Assembly: GCA_018238545.1 (NCBI GenBank)
Contig: JABCTC010000015.1
Span: 1 to 64,000 of the forward strand
Length of the DNA: 64,000 nt
Direction of reading: 5' to 3'
Origin: Candidatus Heimdallarchaeota archaeon
GTDB lineage: Archaea; Asgardarchaeota; Heimdallarchaeia; Heimdallarchaeales; Heimdallarchaeaceae
Position numbers and translations under genes: made by a program
Shown here: positions 30,466-39,344 of the stretch, in pieces
Layout of the letters: each line of letters begins with the position of its first letter
Position numbering within the stretch: position 1 is the stretch's first letter
Notes under the pieces: model-generated
Databases searched by the model: none
Told to the model about the DNA's origin: nothing
Seen by the model: the letters and a program-made list of their open reading frames with translations, nothing else

Positions 30466-32042
30466 AATTCAAACAGTCCTTCTTTTATTAGATACGCAAT
30501 TGCACCTCTTTGTGGTTGGGTCAATTTGCGTAAATAAGTATAATCAACATTGCTCACATCAACCTTATCTTCAGATTCTTCATCTAAATCAAATTTGTAA
30601 GCGTCTTTTCTTTTAGTTACTTGAACAGCTCTTGTTACAACCGGTAAATTATACGGAGACAGAGGTTGATGTTTTGTTTTATGAACAGCGAATAGTGTTG
30701 AAACGTGAATTCCACCAATCTTCTTGAATACAATTACATCAGCAAATGCAGGAAGAATCGTCTTGAAATCATCCCTGTACAGTGCCATATGGTTATGAAG
30801 TATAACAAGTTGATCTATTCCTATTCCATAATCATTAACTTCAAAAACATATACTTTCTTTTGATCAACTTTGACATAGCCTTTGGATTCTATTCTTGGT
30901 TTTTCATCTTGTAGCTGACCGAAAGTTGAAAATTTCTTTCTATATACCTTTCTAGTATATTCATCAATGATTTTCCAACCATATGCATAAACAGACCAGA
31001 TATCTGTCCATCTACTTCGTGTAGAGTGCCATTTCTCAACAACACCTTCAGAATGCAGATTTTTATTTACCGCAAGCAAATCCTTTACTTCGTCCCAAGT
31101 GAATTCTTCCAACAGATTAATATCTGATTTATAATTGAATAGTTTGCTGAAAAGCTCTTTTTCATTTTCAACTTTGGTTTCAAGCCTTCTTATTACAGCT
31201 AAACTAAATTCACCAATGGGAGGAGCTAAAAATGATTTCAACTCATTTGGTAATTTTGGTTCTTTATCCTCAACACTTTTCTTGAACTCATAATCGCCTG
31301 ATTTTATAAGATATTCAATGCCTTTTGCTTGAACATAATGTGCAAAACCTTCATCAATTAGCTCATGCAGATGCTTTTTCCTTGATACTTTTGCTCTTTC
31401 AGATAGATAGTTTATAGCTTCAATTGAAAAATTATTGAATAGAGTATATTTTCGTGCAATTTCAGGAGGGATGTAAAAATCTTCTACACCAGCTTCGGTG
31501 AACAATCTAATTACACCAATTAAATCTTGGAAATATTGCCATGCCCAAGCATGTCCATCAGATGATTCTTTGTTTAATTGAAAAACATTGTTTGTCATTA
31601 ATTCCTTCAGAACAGTGTCTATCTGATAAAGTCTTGAGAGTATTTGTGGTGAGTTTGACTCAGTTTTTTCATTCATGTAAGCATGAGCAAAGGCATGAAT
31701 TAGCATTACTCTAAGAGTGAATTCCTGTTCTTTGTTAAGTTCATAAGAAGGAGCTGAAAGATAAATCAAAGTAGGTAGAGAATTATAGATTGTTTCTTTT
31801 CCAACTGGCAAGAAATCGTTTATACGAGCAGACTTAAGATGAGTTATTTGTTCAGCCGTCAAAATAGCTTGTGGGGTACCAGTTATTTCAATAACTCTAT
31901 TTACCGAAACATGCAAATCTGGGTTAACAAAAAGCAATGCACGATAGTTTTCAGGAGTTTCGCCTACGAGAGCTTTGAAATCGTCTCTTGCCAAATTATA
32001 AACTCGGACTATCTCATCAAATTCAGTTTCTGTTTTAAGCAT
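30462..32042 (-). CDS. Zincin-like protein with degenerate HExxH (HAFAH), probable pseudo-peptidase
   Basis: LRVMLIHAFAHAY and downstream IDEGFAHY; overlaps both neighbours. Confidence 0.55.
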   Translation of the reverse strand: MLKTETEFDEIVRVYNLARDDFKALVGETPENYRALLFVNPDLHVSVNRVIEITGTPQAILTAEQITHLKSARINDFLPVGKETIYNSLPTLIYLSAPSYELNKEQEFTLRVMLIHAFAHAYMNEKTESNSPQILSRLYQIDTVLKELMTNNVFQLNKESSDGHAWAWQYFQDLIGVIRLFTEAGVEDFYIPPEIARKYTLFNNFSIEAINYLSERAKVSRKKHLHELIDEGFAHYVQAKGIEYLIKSGDYEFKKSVEDKEPKLPNELKSFLAPPIGEFSLAVIRRLETKVENEKELFSKLFNYKSDINLLEEFTWDEVKDLLAVNKNLHSEGVVEKWHSTRSRWTDIWSVYAYGWKIIDEYTRKVYRKKFSTFGQLQDEKPRIESKGYVKVDQKKVYVFEVNDYGIGIDQLVILHNHMALYRDDFKTILPAFADVIVFKKIGGIHVSTLFAVHKTKHQPLSPYNLPVVTRAVQVTKRKDAYKFDLDEESEDKVDVSNVDYTYLRKLTQPQRGAIAYLIKEGLFEL

Positions 32043-33441
32043 GCATCATACTCTCCCTTAAAATTTGTTCTCCCAGCTTCTTTATTTGAGCAGGATCGAT
32101 GAGAATGGGTCGTGTTATACCCTTCAACATCTGTTTTGTGTGAATGAACAACTCCTTATTACGTAGAGATTCAGTTCCCATAAGGAAATAAGAAATGTTC
32201 CAATTTCTTGTTCTATCATTTTTAAGATGTTTGAAAATCCCATTGAGTTGAATCAAACAATCTATTGTTTCTGGTTTCGTTTTGGTTTGAATTTCAGAGA
32301 AGTATTTCTGCAACTCCTCATTTTTCCGATAATTATATGGAAAAGTAGGAACATTGGGCATACCGTCTGTAACTATTGTGAAGTATACATCAATATCTTT
32401 ATCCACACGTTGTTTTTTTGCGTGATCAATAGCAGTCTGAACGGCTTGAACCATGTAAGTCTTACCCTTTGCGTCAGCTGTTAGAAGGTAATTTTCCATT
32501 TTACTGTCATCATCAACGACAGTTGGGTTCTTTCTAACAGGAACTACGGCAAGTTTGAACATGTCAAATCTTTTCCTTTTTCGACGATTCAGTATTTTAA
32601 AGTAATAGTATAGACTTAAACTAGTTAAGAGGGCCCCATCTAGCCTTGACATTTTACCTTCAAAAACAGCCTTCTTCATAGATTGACTCATATCTACAAT
32701 AAGATACACAAGTGATCGTCTATCTTTTTTCACACGAATTATATCTTCCTGTTTAACAGAAGTTGGTGGTATATTTTGAGAACTCAAAATTGCGCTTTTA
32801 TAAGTCTCTCTAAGTCTTATTGTGCCCCTAGGTCTCTTTTGTACTTCATCGATAGGTGCTACTGATATTTGTTTTAAAAGAAAACGACCAAGAATCTTTC
32901 CAAGCAAATCCATAACACTTTCTCTAGAAATACGCTTCTTCCTACCAAAGGCATCGGTTATTTCAATGTCTATTATCTCTTGTAATTGGTTGAGTTTTTC
33001 TGCTAACTGATCTAAATCAACAGATCCTTCATATTTAAGATTACGAAGCAGATCTTGTATATACTTGAGAATTTCTTCTAGAGTTTGTAGCTCATTACGA
33101 TTTACTCTTTCCAATACATCTGGTAGAATCCTATCACCCATAAACCGTAGAATTTTGAGTTCGTTTAGCAAGCGTTCTTCTTCTGGAGCTGTCAAATATG
33201 TTGTCATTATCTTCTGAACAATATTCTCCATCGCCACAGCATTTTTTGCAGCAAGAGAAAGAACTGCTCCTTCACGAGAACTTCTTCCTAAATGAGGATT
33301 ACGCCATAACCTAAGTACTTGAGCAGCATCTTCAAAATCTAAGATGAATTCAACGTCTCCATATGCTTGAATAGGATCAGTGAATTCTTCTGCTGTTATG
33401 AAATTTATTCTATGGGGCATGTTATTATCTCCAATGGGCAC
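32035..33441 (-). CDS. von Willebrand factor A domain protein
   Basis: MIDAS: LIVDMSQSM (DxSxS), GKT, IVTDGMP; preceded by IRLRETYKSA helix. Confidence 0.88.
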   Translation of the reverse strand: MPIGDNNMPHRINFITAEEFTDPIQAYGDVEFILDFEDAAQVLRLWRNPHLGRSSREGAVLSLAAKNAVAMENIVQKIMTTYLTAPEEERLLNELKILRFMGDRILPDVLERVNRNELQTLEEILKYIQDLLRNLKYEGSVDLDQLAEKLNQLQEIIDIEITDAFGRKKRISRESVMDLLGKILGRFLLKQISVAPIDEVQKRPRGTIRLRETYKSAILSSQNIPPTSVKQEDIIRVKKDRRSLVYLIVDMSQSMKKAVFEGKMSRLDGALLTSLSLYYYFKILNRRKRKRFDMFKLAVVPVRKNPTVVDDDSKMENYLLTADAKGKTYMVQAVQTAIDHAKKQRVDKDIDVYFTIVTDGMPNVPTFPYNYRKNEELQKYFSEIQTKTKPETIDCLIQLNGIFKHLKNDRTRNWNISYFLMGTESLRNKELFIHTKQMLKGITRPILIDPAQIKKLGEQILRESMMHA

Positions 33442-33454
33442 TAGAAATGCCTGT

Positions 33455-35002
33455 TTAGATGTAATCTACTCTCAACAATTGCTCGTAAGATGGTCTAAGA
33501 CTCTCAATAATTGTTGCTCGAATTTTGTCTTTGTATTTATCTAAACCTTCAAACTTTACAATCAAATCTGCTAATTCATTATCACTTAATGCCTTCATCT
33601 TTGAAATATCTTCAGAGATATCTTGTACACTTATAGAAACTTCCGATTCTTTTATAGATGTTCTTAGTAGAATCTTGATTTGTTGAAGAGCATCATTGAG
33701 CATCGAAACTGGTATATCATAAGCATTCATTGTACTACGCAGCTTCTCTAAAGTTATGACATTGACATCTGTAGCTGTTTCTCTAGCTTGCAAAAGCACT
33801 GTTTCACCGATGATATTGTTCATAGTACGTAAATCGATGTGAGGATTTCTTTGTGGATCATGAATTTCATCAAGACCAGAATAGAAATCGGTACGTGCCA
33901 TACGACTTTCTGAACGAATGTCCTTTGATTTTAGGTTGCTAGGTAAAGAATTATTTCCAAGATACGCAAGAAAATCTACTGCAAGTCTGCTAACAAAATC
34001 TGTAGTGTCTTTTTCCAATTCATGTAATTGAATAATGGAAGGATTTGCTGTGATTTTTTTACTTGAAAGAACAATCTGCTCTTCAAACATATCGCGTATA
34101 ATTTGTTCTCTACTTTCAACAGAACGTGCGGGCCACAGTACTTCAGGAATACGATTGATAATAGGTTGACTTTCTTCTCCAAAGACGGTTAATGGCGCGT
34201 TAGATGTGAAGATTACAGCTCCATCAATGTAAACTGGTTCTCCTTGGATATTGTATTTAATACCCATTGGTTCTTCGAGAAAACCCATCAATGATTCTAA
34301 TAGTGTTAAGGGGAGCCTCTGAATTTCATTTACAACTAATATACCATGGGAAAGAACGCCTACCTTATGCGAAGTAGCGGCATAAGTAGTCTGAGTTTCT
34401 TTGCCAAACAACTCTTCTAAGTTTTCGACACCAGCAAGTAACATATAGAGACTTTCAGGGTCATTTCTTGGATCAAGTTGCGCTCTTCGGACTAGTGTTT
34501 TTGTTGCTTCAAGTTTTCCTAGCCTACTTACTACTTCTTTTGGAGAAATTTCAAGTATACTATTTGTATTATCTAATTGTACAGGACTACCTTCATCAGA
34601 CAAAATACCTTCGATTTTTTGTCTGCAGTAAGGACATAGAGATTGCATAACTCTAATTCCAGCAAAAGGATTTGATGGGAAGTTATTGATAATATCTACA
34701 ATGTATCCAGCGTCTTCTAGGAATGGACAACCACCGATGTGATATTTGTTGTTGTTGATTTCTCTAACGATATGGTCAAGCAACACCCTTGCAAAAAGAG
34801 TTTTGGCTTCACCTGTTGGACCTGTGATTAAGACTTTACCACCAACAGCTAATTTATCCATAACAAGTTTTTTTCCAATTTCATTACCACGAACAGTAAC
34901 GTCTTTAGAAACTCTATCACGGAACTCTGGATTCATCAATATTGAACGGACAGAATAACCAGAATAACCATCCTTCATTATATTTCCAATTGAAATTGTC
35001 AT
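33455..35002 (-). CDS. AAA+ ATPase, MoxR/Mg-chelatase-related clade
   Basis: Walker A GPTGEAKT, Walker B ILVVNE, sensor-1 FTSN, Arg finger PIINR; CPF..CPYC insert. Confidence 0.88.
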   Translation of the reverse strand: MTISIGNIMKDGYSGYSVRSILMNPEFRDRVSKDVTVRGNEIGKKLVMDKLAVGGKVLITGPTGEAKTLFARVLLDHIVREINNNKYHIGGCPFLEDAGYIVDIINNFPSNPFAGIRVMQSLCPYCRQKIEGILSDEGSPVQLDNTNSILEISPKEVVSRLGKLEATKTLVRRAQLDPRNDPESLYMLLAGVENLEELFGKETQTTYAATSHKVGVLSHGILVVNEIQRLPLTLLESLMGFLEEPMGIKYNIQGEPVYIDGAVIFTSNAPLTVFGEESQPIINRIPEVLWPARSVESREQIIRDMFEEQIVLSSKKITANPSIIQLHELEKDTTDFVSRLAVDFLAYLGNNSLPSNLKSKDIRSESRMARTDFYSGLDEIHDPQRNPHIDLRTMNNIIGETVLLQARETATDVNVITLEKLRSTMNAYDIPVSMLNDALQQIKILLRTSIKESEVSISVQDISEDISKMKALSDNELADLIVKFEGLDKYKDKIRATIIESLRPSYEQLLRVDYI

Positions 35003-35019
35003 TGTATTTTCCTCTTATT

Positions 35020-35616
35020 TTATTGATTATTTTCTTCTTCTGAAGGAAATTGAACTTTAATAGGTTGTATTTTTTCTAATAATGCTTCTTTTTCTTCCCA
35101 AGGTTTAATGTAACCCATATGGATTACTTTTTTCATCCATTTCAGAGATTCAATTAATGAATCTACGTCTGGAACCTCAAAAAGGTTCCATATACGATCT
35201 GTTAAACGTATGAGAGACATATTTTCTATTAATTCTCCTCTAGTCAAAGCTCCTTGTAAGTCAGTATTGTAAGCACAGACTGCTATAGGAAGATCGTCTA
35301 CTTCCTCGTCCCAAATAATTTTTTCCCAGAAATAATTACGCTCATGTTTAATCATTTCTTCTTTCGTTGCATCAATAAGATAGAGAATTCCTTCAAAAGG
35401 GATAAATTGTTTAGGTGCGAATTTTAGCTTTTCAGCATATGGAAGTTCATTCAAACAGCTATCAATGATAAATTCATTTAAAGAAGTATTAGAACGCATT
35501 AGCAAAACACGGTTGCGAGTTGCTGGAAGGTTGTTTCCCATAACCAATACCGATGTTTCAGGATAGCCAAGCTTTCTACGAATAGTTTGAAATGTTCGTT
35601 GGATGAAGTTAGTCAT
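35020..35616 (-). CDS. Arf-like small GTPase-fold protein with degenerate G-motifs
   Basis: GILYLIDA..., LPIAVCAYNTDLQGAL..ELIENMSL..L.DR.W, LIESLKWM parallel the Arf C-terminal half; no GKT. Confidence 0.7.
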   Translation of the reverse strand: MTNFIQRTFQTIRRKLGYPETSVLVMGNNLPATRNRVLLMRSNTSLNEFIIDSCLNELPYAEKLKFAPKQFIPFEGILYLIDATKEEMIKHERNYFWEKIIWDEEVDDLPIAVCAYNTDLQGALTRGELIENMSLIRLTDRIWNLFEVPDVDSLIESLKWMKKVIHMGYIKPWEEKEALLEKIQPIKVQFPSEEENNQ

Positions 35617-35709
35617 TGGGCTTCGCTAAAGAATTTGGAATATAAATCTTTAAATGTTTTATGAATCCGAAGGAAAAAGTTTTTGATGTTATTTTCTCAT
35701 CTCATCAAG

Positions 35710-36204
35710 ATGAAAACAGATATCCTAAATATTGTTGTAGCAGGAATCAGATGGGGAGAAAAGTGGTTATTAATTAATCGTAGTAAAGGAGATTATCAAA
35801 AGAAGTGGGCTTTAGTTGGAGGAAAATTAGAGAAGAATGAAGAATTAAAAGAAGCCATTTTGAGAGAAATTTCTGAGGAAACAGGATTAAAGGTTAAGTG
35901 GGAAGGGATTAAAGGAACGTTGAATGAAAGATTGATAGAAGTAGAGAAAGAAAACAACGTCAGGCATTTCATAATCATATTATGTCAAGTAAGTACAAAA
36001 GAAGGGAAGTTGTCTCCAATGGATGAGGGAGAGTTGAAATGGTTCACTTTGAAGGAAATTAATTCAAGTAAGAATCAGATTATTCCTTCCGACTATTACA
36101 TGATATCAGAACTCTTACTTAAGGAAAAGAAAACCAAAGCAGTTGAAATAGAGATGGTGCAGAATAAAGAAGAACTAAAGCTAACTAAAATTCATGAATA
36201 CTAA
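35710..36204 (+). CDS. NUDIX hydrolase
   Basis: Nudix box GGKLEKNEELKEAILREISEETGL. Confidence 0.92.
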   Translation: MKTDILNIVVAGIRWGEKWLLINRSKGDYQKKWALVGGKLEKNEELKEAILREISEETGLKVKWEGIKGTLNERLIEVEKENNVRHFIIILCQVSTKEGKLSPMDEGELKWFTLKEINSSKNQIIPSDYYMISELLLKEKKTKAVEIEMVQNKEELKLTKIHEY

Positions 36205-36213
36205 TACTTTAGA

Positions 36214-37167
36214 TCAGCATAGTATTTCTTTCAGTTTCTCTAAACTAATTTTCGCACCACTAATAACTAAAACTACATTTTTCCCTTCAAATTTACTCTT
36301 ATTATTGAGGTAGGAAGAAACAGTTAGAGCAGCTGCTCCTTCTATTAACATATGATGGTGCTGAAGCATCAATCTGATTGATTCTTTAATCTCTGATTCT
36401 GAAACAAGGATGAAATCATCTACATACTTCTGACAAAAATCAAATGTGATGGAGTTCTCTTCAATTCCTCCAGCTGTTCCATCAGATATTGTATCTAAAG
36501 AGTCTAAAGTAACAATTTTCCCTTGTTTTATAGATTCAAACATAATGGCAGAATTAACGGGCTGACAACCGATCACTTCAATATTTTTGTTAATGGATTT
36601 TAAATAACCGCCAATTCCGGATATCAAGCCTCCTCCACCAACAGGTACAAGGACAACATCTATATCCGCTAATTGCTCAAGAAGTTCTATTCCAATTGTA
36701 GCTTGACCAGCGATAATCTCAGAATCATTATAAGGAGAAACAAAAACTACTCCTTGTTTTAAAGAGAAATTTCGTGCATAGGTTTCAGTTTGAACACAAT
36801 CATAGCCATAAAATTCTAGATTTGTTCCATAGTTTCTGAGAAAAGTAATTTTTGCTTTTGAAGCATTTTTAGGTAGATAGATTGTTCCATCAATATCAAG
36901 TTTATCAGTAATATAGGCAAAAGCTGCTCCATGGTTACCGGAAGAAGAAGTAATAACTCCTCTTTCTCTATCTTCCATTGTGAGAGATAGTATCTTGTTT
37001 ACAGCTCCACGAATTTTAAATGAACCAGTAAGTTGCAAATTTTCTAACTTCAAATAGACCTTATTCTTGCCTTCTTTACTTAGAAATGGAGAATATTCTA
37101 AGGGTGTTTTCCTAACATAACCTCGAATCCTTATTTCTGCTTTTTTAGCCTCCTTTATGAAATCCAT
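36214..37167 (-). CDS. PLP-dependent serine/threonine dehydratase
   Basis: LKLENLQLTGSFKIRGA, SSGNHG, VPVGGGGLISG. Confidence 0.92.
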   Translation of the reverse strand: MDFIKEAKKAEIRIRGYVRKTPLEYSPFLSKEGKNKVYLKLENLQLTGSFKIRGAVNKILSLTMEDRERGVITSSSGNHGAAFAYITDKLDIDGTIYLPKNASKAKITFLRNYGTNLEFYGYDCVQTETYARNFSLKQGVVFVSPYNDSEIIAGQATIGIELLEQLADIDVVLVPVGGGGLISGIGGYLKSINKNIEVIGCQPVNSAIMFESIKQGKIVTLDSLDTISDGTAGGIEENSITFDFCQKYVDDFILVSESEIKESIRLMLQHHHMLIEGAAALTVSSYLNNKSKFEGKNVVLVISGAKISLEKLKEILC

Positions 37168-37258
37168 TGCCTCACCATTACTTTCTCAAATATTAAATTC
37201 TTTAGGATGATGAAATATAGACGATAAAATTAAGAAGTCTGTTTTACTAAAATCAACA

Positions 37259-38095
37259 ATGAAAACTAAGTCCAAAGATAAGAGTAGAACAAAAATCATT
37301 TTGCTCGGAACAGGAACACCTAATGCCGAACCCAGTCGATCTGGGTCTGCAATTGCTATTATCGTCAACGACGTTCCATATCTTATCGACTTTGGACCTG
37401 GAGTTATCCGTAGAGCAAAGGCAGCAGGAATTGCAGTCAAAGACTTAGAAACAGCTTTTCTTACTCACCTACATTCTGATCACACTGCTGGTTATCCTGA
37501 TCTCATCTTTACACCTTGGGTTTTAGGAAGAGATAAGCCACTGAGTGTTTTTGGTCCTCCAGGTATTGAAATGATGACTAAAAGCATTCTAGAAGCTTAT
37601 CAAGAAGACATAAATGAAAGGATAAATGGGTTAGAACCAATAAATCAAGTTGGTTATGAAGTTGAAGTGAAGGAGATAGAACCGGGATTAATTCATCAAG
37701 ATGGCAATATCAAAGTTGAGGCTTTTAATGTTAAACATGGTTCATGGAAGGCAGTTGGTTACAAATTTTATACACCAGATAGAACGATTGTAATTTCAGG
37801 TGATACTGCTCCTTTCGAGGAAATGATAGAAGTTTACAAGAATTGTGATGTTTTGATTCATGAAGTTTATTCTATAGAGGGTCTCAAAAACCAATCAAAG
37901 GAATGGCGAGAATATCATGTAAATGTTCATACTTCTTCACATGAACTTGCTGAGATAGCATCAATTGTAAAACCGAAATTGCTTATCCTATATCATCAAC
38001 TTCTTTGGGGGGTAAAAGAAAAAGAACTTCTAACTGAGATAAAGAAAGGTTATAATGGGAAGGTCGTTTCAGGAAAGGATTTAGAAAATTACTAG
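37259..38095 (+). CDS. MBL-fold hydrolase, RNase Z/arylsulfatase-like
   Basis: LLGTGTP, THLHSDH, SGDT, LIHE, HTS, LYH. Confidence 0.9.
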   Translation: MKTKSKDKSRTKIILLGTGTPNAEPSRSGSAIAIIVNDVPYLIDFGPGVIRRAKAAGIAVKDLETAFLTHLHSDHTAGYPDLIFTPWVLGRDKPLSVFGPPGIEMMTKSILEAYQEDINERINGLEPINQVGYEVEVKEIEPGLIHQDGNIKVEAFNVKHGSWKAVGYKFYTPDRTIVISGDTAPFEEMIEVYKNCDVLIHEVYSIEGLKNQSKEWREYHVNVHTSSHELAEIASIVKPKLLILYHQLLWGVKEKELLTEIKKGYNGKVVSGKDLENY

Positions 38096-38104
38096 TGAGT
38101 TAGT

Positions 38105-39019
38105 ATGAAATACGCAGAAGATCTAACTGAGCTGATTGGGAATACACCTCTGCTTAGACTCAAACGATTATTCCCTAATTTTGATATTTTTGGAAAATGT
38201 GAGTTTATGAACCCCTTAAGCATCAAAGATCGTCCTGTGCTTCAAATAATTGAAAACGCTGAAAGAGAAGGTAAGTTAAAGCATGGCGATGTAGTAATAG
38301 AATGTACAAGTGGAAACACTGGTATGGCTGTTGCATTTATATCTGCAATAAAGGGTTATGAAGCTGTTTTAGTTATGTCAGAAATTCAAAGTTTAGAAAG
38401 AAGACAGATACTCAAAGCTCTTGGAGCAGATTTAATTCTAACGCCGGCAGAACTAGGAACAGAAGGAGCAAGACAAAAACTAAAAGAGATTTTACATGAG
38501 AACCCAGACTATTTCTATATTGGTCAACATGTAAATCCATCAAACCCGCAAGCCCATTATTCAACCACTGGTCCAGAGATTTGGGCAGATACTGAAGGAA
38601 AAATCGATATCCTAATTGCAGGTTTAGGAACAGGTGGGACAATCTGTGGTGCGGGGAAGTTCTTGAAGGAGAAAAAGTCGAGTATTAAACTGATAGCAGT
38701 TGAACCATTTGAATCTCCTTACATCTCGAAAGGGATTTTCCAACCTCATAAGCTGATGGGGACAGCACCAGGGTTTGTTCCAAAAACATTGAACAAAGAG
38801 ATTATTGATGAAATTATTCTTGTTAAGGAAACTGAAGCTTTTGCTATGTGTCGTCAAATAGCTGAAAAAGAGGGTCTCATGGTCGGTATATCTTCTGGTG
38901 CAACATGTAAAGCTGTAGAAGAGATAACCAAAAGGGAGGAAAACAGAGACAAAGTAATTGTGGTAATATTAGCTGATACAGGACAAAGATATCTCAGTGT
39001 AGAAGAATTATTTGAATAA
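38105..39019 (+). CDS. cysK: Cysteine synthase (O-acetylserine sulfhydrylase family)
   Basis: IGNTPL, NPLSIKDR, TSGNTG, GLGTGGT, GISSGA, DTGQRYLS. Confidence 0.9.
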   Translation: MKYAEDLTELIGNTPLLRLKRLFPNFDIFGKCEFMNPLSIKDRPVLQIIENAEREGKLKHGDVVIECTSGNTGMAVAFISAIKGYEAVLVMSEIQSLERRQILKALGADLILTPAELGTEGARQKLKEILHENPDYFYIGQHVNPSNPQAHYSTTGPEIWADTEGKIDILIAGLGTGGTICGAGKFLKEKKSSIKLIAVEPFESPYISKGIFQPHKLMGTAPGFVPKTLNKEIIDEIILVKETEAFAMCRQIAEKEGLMVGISSGATCKAVEEITKREENRDKVIVVILADTGQRYLSVEELFE

Positions 39020-39344
39020 AGAAATATGGTGGGTGGATAAACATTGTTGAGGATAATGAATCCTATCACAAAGCTAGGACTGATTCGATAATTTCAATGA
39101 TACTTTCCATGTTAATTGTAGCTAGAAAGAAGAATCTAACATGATGAATACAACTTCTTTGGTGCTTTCACTTAAAGGTGTGGTAATACTGCTGCATTCT
39201 TAGTATTTGTCTGCATTTTACACCCGTAAGTCTAGGAATCAATATCTAGTACTCTTTTTCTTTTACTCAAGAAAGAGAGTTAATATCTTTCCCCCAATAG
39301 ATTAGTGGAAGAATTTAAAAAGTGTCTATGGTATATTTTACGGA

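Noticed and set aside
33455-35002. True magnesium chelatase or PrkA kinase
   Set aside because: No ChlH/CobN or tetrapyrrole genes nearby; similarity reflects AAA+ clade membership only
39020-39344. Hidden gene or ncRNA in the 325-nt gap
   Set aside because: Only very short reading frames in the frames checked and one AT-rich imperfect hairpin (about 39251-39280); insufficient support
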